From: Vicugna vicugna
Lineage: Eukaryota
Length of the DNA stretch: 38,747 nt
Reading direction: 5' to 3'
NCBI GenBank assembly: GCA_013265495.1
Contig: MU057930.1
Span: forward strand, 780,298 to 819,044
The notes under the pieces: model-generated
Told to the model about the DNA's origin: nothing
Seen by the model: only the letters and a program-made list of their open reading frames with translations
Databases searched by the model: none
Position numbers and translations under genes: made by a program
Shown: piece by piece, positions 1 to 11,838 of the stretch
Layout of the letters: every line of letters starts with the position of its first letter
Numbering within the stretch: position 1 is the first letter of the stretch

Positions 1-445
1 CTGTGCTGGGTGAGTGGTTTAGCTGTTGACAGTTTCCTGAGGTTTTTTCGTTCTTTTTTTTTTTTTTTTCAGTTCTCAGAAAAGATCTAAGGAAGAGATA
101 ACAGGGCTTATCTTTGAAGAAAGAAAGAGAAAGACCTTGAGACTGCAGGGCTCTGCTTTTAACTTATGGGCAAACGGCAGACAGGAAGGCTGTTTTCTGT
201 TGACGTGCAATCAGCTTGTGGTGGTGGGGGGGGGTGCTAACAAAAGCGCTCAAGACTCCTTTATCTCCACCTGGACCTATTACAGGAGGATTGGGGCTGG
301 CGTGAGAGTAGGGAAGAGGGAGACGAAAGTGTATGAGTGTCTTTTTTACCTCAGGGCTCCTCCCTGGAGCGCCAGGTAACTCCAGGAGAGGAGACTTCAA
401 ACTCTGTGACTGTGATCAGATCCCTGGAGGATTCGGAAGCACCTG

Positions 446-750
446 CACACCAAAACTGAATCAAAAAGAAACACATAGTCTGAACAGACGGATCACTAGA
501 AGTGTAATGGAATCTAATATTTAAAACAAAACAAACAAACAAAAAAGTCCCTGCAAACAAAATTCCAGGACCAGATGGCTTCAGTGTGGAATTCTACCAA
601 GAAGAATATACCACAGTCAAGTCGGATTCATCCCAGGGTCTCAAGGATAGTTCAAGATACACAAGTGAATCAATGTGAGATACACCACATCAACAAAAGA
701 AAAGACAAAAAGCACATGATCAACTCAATAGATGCAGGAAAAAAAAAAAG
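446..750 (+). mobile_element. LINE-1 ORF2 fragment (start of the RT region), decayed and internally deleted
   Basis: Translations PKLNQKETHSLNRRIT, KIPGPDGFSVEFYQ, QVGFIPG and HHINKRKDKKHMINSIDAGK match L1 ORF2p motifs (PRLNQEE..LNRPIT, KSPGPDGFTAEFYQ, DQVGFIPG, HINR.KDKNHMIISIDAEK). Stops and frameshifts are present. Confidence 0.92.
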
Positions 751-974
751 TTTGTTTGTAAAGTGAGTGGAGAAACCCACCAACACAGTGACTTGAACCT
801 GCAGAATCTCAGCCAGGTGGACATCAGTTGCCTGTGGGAACTTCCTCTGCACTTTTGTGGACTCTATCCCTGTTCTGGTCTAAAGTCTTTCCAGTTTCGT
901 GGAAAGCATCCCAGGCTACGTTTCATTGCTCTGCAGTCAGAGAGATTCGAGGCAGCAGTGGTAATCTCTTTTTG

Positions 975-1254
975 TCCATGAAGGAGCAAACTGCCTTGTG
1001 GACGGGAGGTGTCACGTGTCAGGGAACAGCAGGTGGCCTCTGGGAGCCTCAACCCTACACCCGCAAGGAACTGAGTCCCGTCAACAGCCAGTGGGCTTGA
1101 GAAAGGGCCCTGAGAAGAACATGCAGCTCTGGCCAGAAACTTGATTTCATTCTTGTGAGACCCTGGGCAGAAGACCCAGCCATGCTGTGCCTGGAAGCAA
1201 TGAGACAATCACTGACTGTGATCATTTGTTATGCAGCAATTACTAACTAATACA
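975..1254 (+). mobile_element. MaLR LTR fragment (MLT1 family)
   Basis: Typical MLT1 motifs 'gcaaggaactgagtcc' and 'ttgtgagaccctgggcagaagacccagccatgctgtgcctgga', and the 3' end 'tttgttatgcagcaattactaactaataca'. Confidence 0.8.
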
Positions 1255-1929
1255 CTGCCCTTTTGGGGGTAGAAATGAGTCGCTGGTAGTTTTCTAGAAA
1301 TAGAGAGCCTCCCCATTTGTCTGAAATAAGACATTCAGTCTGTTTCACAGCAGCTATTCAAAGGCCAAATGTCCTGATGTGGAAAGAAGTCCTGGTCTCA
1401 CATTAGTTCTACAAATCTCACCCTTGTTTAGAAAAAAGATGAAATAGTCCACATCAAGATGCCTTGTGGGATACCCCCAGGTAGCTGCTTAAGAAATTTT
1501 GTAAATGTCTCACTCTCTCTCGCATGGCTGTTTCACTCCATTTCCCGGGGAAACTGGGTATATTTGAGGATACGGATATGGTTCCAGTGAGGCACCATCC
1601 ATTCTGTCTACCACGTACTACCAGGTGGTAGGAAGGTACCAAGGCTCTCAGGAGGGTTGCACTGGACTACACGTTCCAGAAACCCAGTTCTGGCAACTCT
1701 TTCCTTTTACTCTTGAAGCTGATAAGCAGTTTCTTACCCTTTTCCTGAATCTAGTTTGCAGCCAATAGCAGTGAATTATTGTTTACTGTGATCCAAATGA
1801 ATAGTTCACACACAGGCAATGGCTGAAGGTAACTTCCCCTGATCAGAATTACCATCTATTCACTCCAGGAGACGTAGAATAAAAAAAATCTTGAAGTCAA
1901 TATTGCTTCATTCTTCTTTTTTTTTTTTT

Positions 1930-2393
1930 GACTCTATTGTATGCTTTTGATTTGTGGTTTCTCTGTTTTTCAAGTATGTTAACCCATTACTATATGTTTG
2001 CTTTAGATAGGCAATCATATAAGCTCAAACACACCCTAAAAAGATTTTTTTTTAAAGTCTACATTTTCTTGCTCCCCTCTCCCACGTTTAATAATTTTGA
2101 TGTCCTCTTTTACATCTTCATGTGTATTCTCTTGCTCTTCATTGTAGTTATCACATTTCCAACTGTGGTTTGCTCTTTTCTACAGACTCCTGTTTCTTTT
2201 GTACTTAGAGAAGACCGTTCAACATTTCTTTTAAGATGGTTTTAGTGTTGCTGTGTTCTGTTAGTTTTTGCTTGTCCGTGAAATCCTTTCTCTCTCTATT
2301 GTAAAGGATAGTCTTGCTCAGTGGAGTATCTTAGGCTGCAGGTATTTCTTTCAGGACTTTGAATGTATCTTGCCATTTCATTATAGCCTGCAA
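1930..2393 (-). mobile_element. LINE-1 fragment: ORF1 C-terminus plus inter-ORF spacer
   Basis: The reverse strand reads ..WQDTFKVLK..LQPKIL..ARLSF..FTDKQKL....TKTILKEMLNGLL*, the end of L1 ORF1p, with frameshifts. Confidence 0.85.
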
Positions 2394-2395
2394 TG

Positions 2396-2500
2396 AATTA
2401 GGTTGGTTGGTTTGTTTAAATAGAGGTTCTAGGATTTGAACCCAAGACCTCATGCATGCTAGGCATGCACTCTACCACTGAGCTATTATTTCACTCCCCC
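2396..2500 (-). mobile_element. tRNA-Ala-derived SINE (camelid vic-1-like)
   Basis: The reverse strand has an A box (tagctcagtggtagag), 'catgcctagcatgcatgagg', a B box (ggttcaaatcc) and the tail 'aaacaaacc..aacctaatt'. It is homologous to three other copies in the window. Confidence 0.9.
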
Positions 2501-3869
2501 TCATTTTTCATTTTTTATTGGTCTATTATTTAATTTTCCTGTTTCACTGTGCTCAAAGAGAGACACAGAGTGATGTTAGTTCTTCCCCCTCAGGTGATGT
2601 TTCAAAGGAGGCCAACATCAGTAGCACGGAGACATTTCACAAGGGGTTAAGACGAATCATGACATCTTTTTCACGAGAACTCTTACACATCATGAGTCTG
2701 CCTGTTGGCCATTCTCTATGAGCATATGGAGGAGCTGGGGGATCTGGGCAGTTACTGCACTCAGACCCAAACCTTAGTCCTAATGCGTTTTGACAACACC
2801 GATGCACTGCGGGTGTTTTTGTTGTATTTCTCTGTCTTTAGCAAGCCTGCCGTTGTTCTGGTTCCTTCCTTCAAACAGCATCTTTCCTCCGGCTCCCCAG
2901 GCTTTCCTTAGCAACCCAGCTTTGGACGTCACTGCTGGTCTCATTGGGGAAGCTGAGCTGCCCTGAACATCCCTAGACACCCCCAGGATGTGGTGCCCCA
3001 GAACATTCTGGAACTATCATGTAATTAATGAGACTGAGAGTTTATTCTGAGCCAAGGCAACGGGCGCTTGTTTCCCAGGATGGATTTCCCATCACGGAGC
3101 CCCGGAGAAAGCTTGTGGACGTGTTTCATCACTGTCACAGTCCCATGTAATTAAGCTGAGCCTTGCTCTCGTATAACAGATTTGGGGCTGCTCTGCCCAG
3201 GCCTGCCCGTCGCAGGCCCTTTGGGGATGCACGCCGCCGTACCTGAGATAAACACAGCATCCTGTGTGCTGCCCGCCCCTTGCTAGGGAAACACTTGGGA
3301 AACTCTGCTTTGTAAATCCTGGTGTCACTCTCTTTCATACCAGGTCCTTCCAGGGTTTTGACGGCGTGGTTCTGCTTAATGAAGAGTTACGTTGAGCTGA
3401 TCAACCTTCAGGGCACAGTAAGAGCTCGGCAATGCCTTCAGGTCCCTACTGCTTCCTCCCTATCTGGAGAAAGCCTTGGAAGGATGTGCTTGGTAGCTGT
3501 GCTCAAATATAAATATTAAGGTTGACACAAAATTTACATCAGCCCCACCTAAATGGGAAAAACATAGATGCTTCAAAAACAAAGTAGAAAATGGTAGCGA
3601 TGGGTATTTTTAAAAATTCAGAGGGTCCTCCTGGTAGCTGTCTTTGCTTGATTGATGAAGGTCGTCTACGGATGTTTCAGGGATGCTTAAGGCATCCCAT
3701 TTGGTCTCTTCAATTCTTAGAAGAGACGCGTGGCTTTGAGAAGGCTCACAAATCATCTGGGGATTGGGTAAACAGTCCTGGGAAGTCAAGGTAACCGTCT
3801 CCAAGGAGAAGGTGCGCATCAGGTAGGAAGAGAATGGATGACAAAGGGTTATGCCTCCTGGTCGTCTGC

Positions 3870-4256
3870 TGGAGGTTCTGCAGGGTTTTGCAGGCGCAGT
3901 GGGGTCTGCCCTGTGAGGCACAGGCAGGAGCGGGAGACCTGAATACGCAAGAGGTTTGACTCCCGAAATGGCCCCGTGCAGTGCCTGGGTGCGTGAGTGG
4001 AGGCTGGTGGCTCCCGCCGGGAATGCTGGCCAGCCTTGGTTCTCGTCCTTGGGGCTAAGTCAGGCTTCTCACAGCACAGGGCAGCGGGAAGGAGTCTCAG
4101 GGCGGTGATTTCTATAGGGAGGCTGCACTCCATTGTCACAGAGGCGGAAGCTCCCAACCCTCCTTAGACCTGCGATGGGGACCGCCACCCTCTGCCAAGT
4201 CGTGTAGGACACACACGTCACAGGGCCACCCTAGTTCCAGGGGAGGGGACACACGG
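3870..4256 (-). mobile_element. Old MaLR LTR (MLT1-like), interrupted by the LTR at 4257-4787
   Basis: 'gtcacagggccaccctagttccaggggaggggacacac' resumes after the insertion as 'gggtacgaatacaagggg'. The left boundary is uncertain. Confidence 0.5.
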
Positions 4257-4787
4257 TGTTACCGAACTCAGGTCCATCCAGCAGCTCTCTGCTCAAAAAT
4301 CAGTACCCGAGAGAGACAAATACTGGTAGAAAGGAAGGTCGGTTTTCATCAGAGTGCCAGCAATCCGGGGAGATGCTGGACTCCGTGTCTACAAAAACTG
4401 CCTCTGAAGAGCCCTGCCATTAAGTTTTACAGGGCAAAGGGGGCGTGAGCTAGTTAAGCATTGAGATGGCGGGGGTCCGAGATACTGCCACCTCCTGTCT
4501 CCTGATCTTTCTTTAGATGCGACCTTGTTCTCCCGGTTTGTTTGTGAGGTTACTGAAGGGGGAGCTAGGGGAGGGAATCTGGTCATCTGTTAATTGCTTC
4601 TTCTCCGTTTCTACTTTCTTTGATCTGGGGAAGAACCAACAGGTTAGGCAAGGGGTTGGGTGATCAAAAGATCTGAAAGGTGTGCTCGGGCTGGGGATGG
4701 GTAGAGCGTGGGGGCACCTGGTTTAAGACTAGTGACCAGTCAAAAGGGGGCCTCGTGCCGAGAGCTCTTCCCTGCCAAAAGCTGCTT
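4257..4787 (-). mobile_element. ERV1-type solo LTR
   Basis: It begins 'tgttaccgaactcagg', has an LTR-like body of about 530 bp and is flanked by the direct repeat ACGG (4253-4256 and 4788-4791), a candidate 4-bp TSD. The terminal CA is missing at the right end. Confidence 0.7.
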
Positions 4788-4840
4788 ACGGTGGGGGTAC
4801 GAATACAAGGGGCCAAGGTTTATCAGGCATCCTCGGACTA

Positions 4841-5434
4841 AAGTGTGTCCTCATTATTCGTGGATGCTCTGTTCACAGATCTGACTACTTGGTACAATTT
4901 CCTTCGGACCTTCCCCGTCACTCATGGACCTGCAGCCCCCGGGGGAAAATTCCAGCTCCCAGCTGGGGTCGGCCCCAGGAGGAAGGTGACCCTCTGCCCC
5001 CATTTCCTCATCCATTTAGTGCCAAATTTTTGGGTTTTTTTTTTTTTTTTGCATTTTTGTGCTTTGGGTTGGTGAAATTTCTGCTTCAAGTGGCCCCCAG
5101 GCAGCGCTGAAGCGCTGTTCAGACTTTGTACGCGGAAGAAGGCCTAACAGAGAGCCCGTGTCAGGTAAGCTTCATTCGGGTTCCGAGCCGCAGTGCTGTT
5201 GGTTGAGAGCCCAGTGCGAATGCGTCAGAACCACAGATTAAATCAGGAGTCCGTTAAACAGAAACGCACCCAAACCAAGGTTACGTACTGATGAGCTGAT
5301 GAAGACTATGGGAGCAGAGGCTGTCAGGAACCTAACCGAGCAGGCCGCCCAGGGCCGATGGCTCAGTCTCTGCCCATTCAGTGTCTGCGGTGACTTTTCG
5401 AAACGTCGCTGCCGTGAGTAGTGAGAATGGCCTG
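4841..5434 (+). mobile_element. MER82 non-autonomous DNA transposon (TcMar-Tigger), near full length
   Basis: It is colinear with the recalled MER82 consensus: 'tcctcattattcgtggat', 'tttagtgcca', 'gcatttttgtgcttt', 'tggccccca..gcgctgaagcgctg', 'taaacagaaacgcac..aaggttacgtactgat', 'caggaacctaacc', ending 'gagaatggcctg'. A TA dinucleotide lies at 4839-4840. Confidence 0.88.
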
Positions 5435-5658
5435 CAACCGTCCACCACATACACTCACACAGCTTTGGACTTGGACCCAGATCTGAACTGAGAGGTTAAG
5501 AGACTCAAGGCATCTTGAGAATGGGCCTACGGGGCTGGTGTCTGTGGGTCCCTTCACGGCCCCCGAGTTGAACAAGTCTTCAAATAGACGGAAGTGGCAT
5601 TTCTCTCTTCATCAGATTCTGAAGTGTGGGCGTAGACCAGCCAAAACATCACCGAGTT

Positions 5659-5841
5659 GTTTTTTTTTTTTAAACTTTTTGCTTTGAAATAATTGAGGAG
5701 ACACACGAGGTGTTGCAGACAAGAGAATGAGGTTACCAGGTAGCATCCCGTGAGCTTCCGTCGGCTGTGACATCTCACCTGGCCATCCTGGATGGGCAAA
5801 ACCAATGCACGGACACTGATACAAGAATATTAACTAAACTA
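5659..5841 (-). mobile_element. Old L1M (L1MC/MD-like) 3' UTR end
   Basis: Poly-T followed by 'tttgaaataatt..gttgca..aaaacc..acactgatacaagaatattaactaaacta'. Confidence 0.65.
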
Positions 5842-5860
5842 TGTCAATGTTGTCTCCACT

Positions 5861-6305
5861 GGTTGGCTCAAAAAAAATGCACAATCTAAACGTTGAGAAT
5901 TATGTTTTATTCAGTGGACTTTCTGAGGACTCGAGCCCGGGATGTGGCCTCTCAGGTAACAATAAAGGACGGCTCCGAAGAGGTAACGGAGGAGACAGGA
6001 TATCCACGAGTTTTTGCAACAAAACTCATGTGGTTGGACCATGAAAAGATGACTGTGAATGCAAGAAAAGCAGACATCTCAAGTTAACGAAATTAGCACT
6101 TTTCTATGTATAGGAAGAAGCAAGCGTGTGGGCTCATTGAAGTCATTCCTTCAATGTGCACCTGTGCTCTCTGGAGCCACTGCCCTGTTTTTCTCCACGC
6201 TGAACCCCCACAGGGGGCACCGTCTGGGCATCTGGAGTGGCTGACGGCTTCATGACAGCAACACCTTTTTCTTACTGATACGGCAGGTGACATTTTCCAT
6301 CCACA
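5861..6305 (-). mobile_element. ERV1 solo LTR, MER41-like cetartiodactyl family (copy A)
   Basis: TTTATT (AATAAA on the minus strand) at about 5907, end 'ttccatccaca', and colinear homology with the copies ending at 8394, 15114 and 21393. The family name is tentative. Confidence 0.88.
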
Positions 6306-6486
6306 GTTCTCACCCACCCGCCCCCAAGAAAAGAAACAGGATGACTATGTGAGGTGATGGATGTGTCGATTAACTAGATGGTGGAAATATTTTCACAATG
6401 TATGCATGTGCCAAATCACCACGAAGTGCACTTTAAATATTTTACGGTTTTATTTGTCAACTTTATCTCTGTAAAGCTGAAAAAAA
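6306..6486 (+). mobile_element. L1MA/MB 3' terminus
   Basis: 'gttctcacc..actatgtgaggtgatggatgtg..ttttcacaatgtat..tttatttgtcaac..taaagctgaaaaaaa'. Confidence 0.85.
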
Positions 6487-6556
6487 GGTTCTGAGTATCA
6501 TGCTAGCACCAAATCACACTGAATAAAAAAATCCATGTATTACAATTATTATTGCT

Positions 6557-6633
6557 AATGGAGGTACTGGGGGTTGAAGCCAGGACCTCGTGCATGCTAA
6601 GCAGGGGCTCTACCCCTGAGCTATACCCTCCCC
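6557..6633 (-). mobile_element. tRNA-Ala-derived SINE (vic-1-like), tail missing
   Basis: The reverse strand reads ggggagggtatagctcaggggtagagcccctgcttagcatgcacgaggtcctggcttcaacccccagtacctcca. Confidence 0.88.
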
Positions 6634-7748
6634 ATTGTGTGTCATTACTTTTTTTTAAGAAGTCTTATTCAATGCACAGCAGGAAACGAAAGCTTTTAAG
6701 CAGGATTTCTCTCCCGTGACAAACCCAGTTTTCAAGATGCGAGCCGTTGGAGAGACTCTTTAAAGCCAGCCGGGTAAGCAGTTTCTGGGAGCTGCAATCA
6801 GCGACTAACTTGCTTTGGAATTTACCTGTAGGAAGTGCGCACCAGGGCCCAGAATTGCTTTGTGCCCCATAGTCGTCTCATCAGGCCCTGGAAAGGTTGC
6901 TTAATTTGCAGAGAGGGTCTTTGGCGACCATCGCTGGCGTCTTCAGTTCCCCTTCGTGAGCTGGGTGCGTCGCGAAGGAGTTTCCCACACGTGCTGGCCA
7001 CCTGCCCAACCTAGGAAATAAACAGCTACGAGAAGCGGGTTTACAGCCGCTTAGTCCTCAGGTTTGGCTCTTGGAGAGGCTCAGAGGTGAGGGGCCCCCG
7101 CTGTCTGGCCTCTCATGGGGCTAACTTCTCCTTCACCCTCACCGGGTGCACAGGAAGTGTGGCGCAGAAACAGCAGGCAGAGCTCTCATCCCCCCCCCAA
7201 ATGTTTTTCTCCACCGGATTCTGCAAGGATGCTGTGTAAATGGAGGCCACGAAGCACGCCTCCCCCGGAGGCCGCTCCAAAGGCCTGAAAGAAGAGAAGA
7301 GGGAGCATGTCGGGCTGCGGGAGGGACCTGGCTCCTCTGGGCTCCCCGGGGACTTCTCCCAACAAAGCAGAAGCGCCTGGGATGGAACCCAATCTCCTGG
7401 TCCCGTCCCACACGGGCCCTGGCAAGGGGACCTGTGACCCCACCTTTCAAGCTGAGCCTTTTGAAGTTTGAAGACTGGCCCTGAATGAATCTGTCTGCAG
7501 AAGGCTGGCCCCAGACAGACAGACAGCTTTGTTTATTTATTTAATTTTTTGCAGACAGGTGGGTCCCTCCCCTTCCCCACCCCACCCCTGGAATCCGGGC
7601 TTTGAAGGGAACAGTGAGATTCTGCAGGTGATGGGGGGGGGCGGGGCGAGGTCCCCTGGCCCCTGGGAGACAGGTAACCTCAGCCCTTGTGAAATGAGTT
7701 TTCTTTGGCACCGGCCTGCGCCTGCAAGGGTTTCTTGTTTCAGGTGGA

Positions 7749-7750
<2 letters not shown>

Positions 7751-7784
<34 letters not shown>
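7751..7784. repeat. (TG)17 microsatellite
   Basis: Perfect dinucleotide run. Confidence 0.98.
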
Positions 7785-7785
<1 letters not shown>

Positions 7786-8049
7786 TTGAGAAAAGGGGCC
7801 GCAGGAAGAAAGCCCCTGGCTTCCCCGGGTAAGCCTGGCGTTTCCACCTGCAGGAAGGATGCTGGGAGAGCACCGCTGGAGGGCCGCTGCGACCCTGAGC
7901 CCGCGGACAGGAAAGGCGGGGGCTGAAACGATAAACTTGGGGGCCTGCCATCCCGCCCTCGGCTCCCTGGGTTCACGTGGCCCCGTTTCTCTCTCTGCTC
8001 CCCCAGCCGGTGGGGGACAAAGGGCACCCAGGAGGGCAAGCATTTGCCT

Positions 8050-8394
8050 GCGGGAACTCAGGATGGGAAAGCGCAGGACACTGGCCCTGGAGAGCGAAGG
8101 TGCAAGTCAAAGGGCTGATTTTAATGAGCCCAGACTTTTGCACCTTCCCATATAGAGAGAAGTGCTAAAACTTGAGATGCCTGGTTTTCTTTAATTAACA
8201 GTAATTGTTTGATGTTCCAACTGCCTGGTCTTGGTTGTAAAGCTCCTGTATATCCTGGCTCCTCCCCTCCCTCTTCAGAGCCGTCCCTCAGAGCCATCTA
8301 GGGGGCTGTCCCCCCTGGGCTGGAAGTCCTCAGTAAGTCCTAATAAAGCGTAATTCTCAGCGTTTCGGTTTGCAATTTCTTTTTTCAGTCAACA
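8050..8394 (+). mobile_element. MER41-like ERV1 solo LTR (copy B); may extend upstream to about 7781
   Basis: It is the reverse complement of copies A and D, with TATA-like 'tgtatatcc', AATAAA at 8342-8347 and the terminal 'tttcagtcaaca'. Confidence 0.88.
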
Positions 8395-9887
8395 GTAGAA
8401 AAAGAGAATGAATGTTTTCTTACGTCAAGTGAACACGTTCTTAAGAATCTGATCGTTGAGCCCTTGAAGTACTGGTTGATCATGTTTTAAGTCTCCCCGT
8501 ATGCAGATAGGTTCCTGATATGGAAACGCTGTGTTTATTTTGCACGTAGGTTTAATCGTAAAGTTTGCCTGTGGGCCCTGAGGGGTTAGGAGGGAAAATC
8601 GTAGCTGTTTCTTCCTCCTGGTGGTTGAGAGAGTGTCCCTGCGGCCAGGAGAGATCCACGCCTCGGAGAGTTAATTATCCGAGCCCCGGCGGGGCCCACC
8701 CAGCAGTCTGAGCCCTGGGGTCCCACCTGGCTGGAGCTCAAGGAGGCTCGCAAGGCAGTGTCAAAGAAAAGCACTTTTCCACTCACCGAAGAAAATGACT
8801 TCTGTGGTCCTGTTGCAGAACGTCTTCCCGTGGTTAACAAAAAGATCTGGCTGAGATGAAATATTAACTTAAGGAGTTTTGGGAGCCAAAGACAAATATT
8901 ATGAACCATGCAAAGTGTGACAGGGCATTGGGGCTCAGGGTGTACGGTGCAGACACAGGACGCATCCGCCCCGTGTGTGCAGACAGCTTACTCTGCATTT
9001 GCCTAAGGTGCCATCTGGCTGCCGCACGGGTGGAGAACACTGCCTGGCTTTCTGCTTCTTCTGTTTATGATTTTTCAATTCATAACAATCCTTCATAAGC
9101 TCCTCTCAAACATGACTCATCCTCTTTTCCCTCTGAGAAAACATTAGGGGGTTTCACTGAGAAATGAGCCGTCAGGCTGCGAGAAAACAAGTGAAACCTT
9201 TAAGGAGCTGCGCTCCTGACAGCCTGGGGCTTCCGTGGGGGAACAGCGCCCCTTGGGTCCCCCCCACACGCAGCCACCTCTCCTGGCCGACAGGTTTTAA
9301 CCAGGGAGGACACAAAAGTGACTGGTTCCCAAGGAGAAGGATACAGATTGTGTGTGTGTGTGTGTCTATGAGAGAAAGGTTTACCCACCTGAAGACATCA
9401 ATGCAGTTTTATTTAAACAGGGTCAGTTTTGCAGGACGTATTTGGCGCTGTTTTGTGTCATCCATACCACCTTCCTGACCCGTGCTTCAGAGAATTGCAA
9501 GAAGTGCATCCCACAGACCATGCGAAGTGGACGCTGCTTGTCACAGTAGTGAACACACTTAGGGTTCAGGCGGTCTGTGATCGGCACGCAGGGCTTCAAA
9601 GCAACGTGCAGTTACAAAAGTGAATATGTGTACTCTGAGTCGGCTCTGAAAATGCAGCCAACTCCCCCTGTGTCCCCCACAGTGACGGGGGCAATGCTGA
9701 CCTTATGTGTTCTGGATCTGTTGTTACTGTGCAACCAGCTTTCCAAAGGACCCCCCCCCTCCCCAACCCCCCAGCTAATCTTGGCAAAGGCACTAGAAGG
9801 TTCTGGGTGCAAGGTCGGTATGTCTGCTCATGCTACCCCAGGAGTTTTTGATTCTATTTCTGTGATTAAACTTGTGACGGTCTCATG

Positions 9888-10158
9888 AGCAGAAAGAGTT
9901 GATGTTTCAGTTTAGTCCAAAGGCAGGAAGAACTCCCCTTTGCTTTGGGGAGGGTCCGCCGTTTTGTTCTATTGAGTACTCCACCTGATTGGGTGAGACC
10001 CACCCACACGAGGGAGGGCAATCTGCTCGGCTCGGTCTACAAATTTAAATGTTAACCTCATCCAAAACACTCTCGTACAAACACTCAGAATTATGTTGGG
10101 CCGACGATTCAGGCACCCCATGTCCCCTTCAAGTTGACACATAAAATTAACCATCACC
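9888..10158 (-). mobile_element. ERVL LTR (MLT2 family)
   Basis: 'ctgattgggtgagacccacccacacgagggagggcaatctgct..aaatgttaacctcatccaaaacac..caagttgacacataaaattaaccatcac'. Confidence 0.9.
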
Positions 10159-10427
10159 GTATGACAACAGACTTGCGCAGCTAGTCTACTGCACGTATCA
10201 TGAAGCACATTACCTCGGTGTGACCTGCCCCTAGTGAATCCAGAATGACTCCCATTTCTCAGAAATATTTTTTTAATGAAATAATTCCAGAATTCTGCTG
10301 GGACCCAGCATTAAAAAGAAAAAAATTCAGTAGTCTGTAATTTTAAGAATCCATCTTTTTCATCCTCGTTTTTCCTTTTAAAAATTTGAAATGACACATT
10401 TTTTTCTGCATTTTTCTTTTAAAAAAA

Positions 10428-11010
10428 TGTATTGATTGAGGTGCGACATATACAGGGAGACATACCCATGGATGGAGCGTTACGTGTAGATCCTCATGTA
10501 ACCATCACCCGGATTCAGATACAGCACACTTCTGGCAACTCAGGAATCTCCGAAGCACCGGAAAACCCCGTCTTTACAACTGTCAGTCAGCTCTGCTTGC
10601 TCTTCAGCTGCATGTCAACGGAGCCATGCAGAACGTCACCCTCGGTGTCTTGTTCCACCTGTCTCCTTGGGCTTCACGCTTACTCTTTTTGTCCAGTTCT
10701 AGGTTCATTCAATATTTCTTATCTTTTCATTGCTTGGACCTACTTCTGTGTATGAAAATAGCACAGCGTATTGATCTGTTCTCTGTTGGTGAACCTTCGG
10801 TTGCTTTCCGTTCGTGGCGGTAATGACCAATGACTCCACCAATGTTGGTGCATGTCTTTTTTTGTGGGAAAAGTCACTTCTAGGACTATTGTGTCTTGCT
10901 CCCACCAGCCATGCATCAGAGTGGGGGCATTTTCTTAGCTTTCGTCTTTTAGGGTGTGTTTCGTGCCTCCTCGATGACTAAAAAGGCTTGGCTGTGTCTC
11001 GAATATGATG
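10428..11010 (-). mobile_element. Old L1M (L1MB/ME-like) 3' region, highly diverged
   Basis: 'catgtaaccatcacccggattcagatacagcacactt' and 'ttttcattgct..tgtgtatgaaaatagcacagcgtattgatctgttctctgttggtgaacc'. The boundaries are approximate. Confidence 0.65.
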
Positions 11011-11399
11011 TGTGAAAAACTGAGGCACAAGAAAGTGTTGCAATGCTCAGAGACGCCTTCAGAATACAATATTGCTTCAAGATGATATGGATATATGCAC
11101 GTGGTGCCTGTCAGCAAATATATCTTGGGAAGATAGTGGGACAAGAAGGTGAGAATGGAATTATTAATTAAGTATTTATTAAAAATCTCCTTGGGGAGAA
11201 TTAAGCCGACTTTATAAATGCTGGCTGGCTACGCCAGTGGCCCCATTCCTACACAAGCTCTCACAACGAACTATCAAGGAATTTCAAAGGCTTACAAGCT
11301 TCCCCGGGGTATTCCTCTCCATTCTGAATGCTTTGTTATTTTGTAATTTTGGCCTTTTTTTTTTTTCCCCTCCTATCACTGATTTGGTATTCTGTGTGC

Positions 11400-11838
11400 A
11401 GAGGTGCTGGTTATAGAGACTTTTCCTGGTATTCACGAACGAAAGGCGTCCAGGGTGGAGGTCAGGAATGGGTTGCTCTGAGTTCTGGGTCAAACGAGCA
11501 GATCAGACCTTCAGGCGGTGAGAGATTTTCAGGCAGCTATTTTTCTGAGCCTGAACTCTTGCAACTTGTCATATCGAGAGGAGCACTAAACATCAGTAAC
11601 CGAGTCATCTGCTCCTTGCGACCAGCAGTGGCCTCCACGAGGCCGGCAGCAGCCTTCTGCAGAATGTGTGTGCTTGCCGGCGCGCCGCTCCCTTCGCCGA
11701 GCTCACGCGTACACTCGCCTGCCCCCTTCGCCGTTCGGAATATTTCCCCAGACTGACCCGGGCGAGAGTCCTCATTTCGCCCCCACATAAAACTTAGCTG
11801 CCAGCTCTCATGCTGCACATTTTTTTTTTCAGTCGACA
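11400..11838 (+). mobile_element. ERV1 solo LTR related to the MER41-like family (copy E, different subfamily)
   Basis: It shares 'tgagcctgaactcttgcaac..gcactaaa' and the terminal 'tgcacatttttttttttcagtcgaca' with copies B and C. The 5' boundary is uncertain. Confidence 0.7.

Noticed and set aside
1..410. Possible LTR-like sequence at the window start (similar impression at about 3021-3410)
   Set aside because: I could not match it to a family or define its termini with confidence.
6557..6633. Apparent tRNA-Ala(AGC) gene on the minus strand
   Set aside because: It has the SINE-type 5' end (ggggagggtatagctc), a mutated B box and mismatched stems, and it matches three other SINE copies in the window.
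7537..8043. Three overlapping minus-strand ORFs with HTHTHT repeats
   Set aside because: These are artefacts of the (TG)17 microsatellite and GC-rich flanks.
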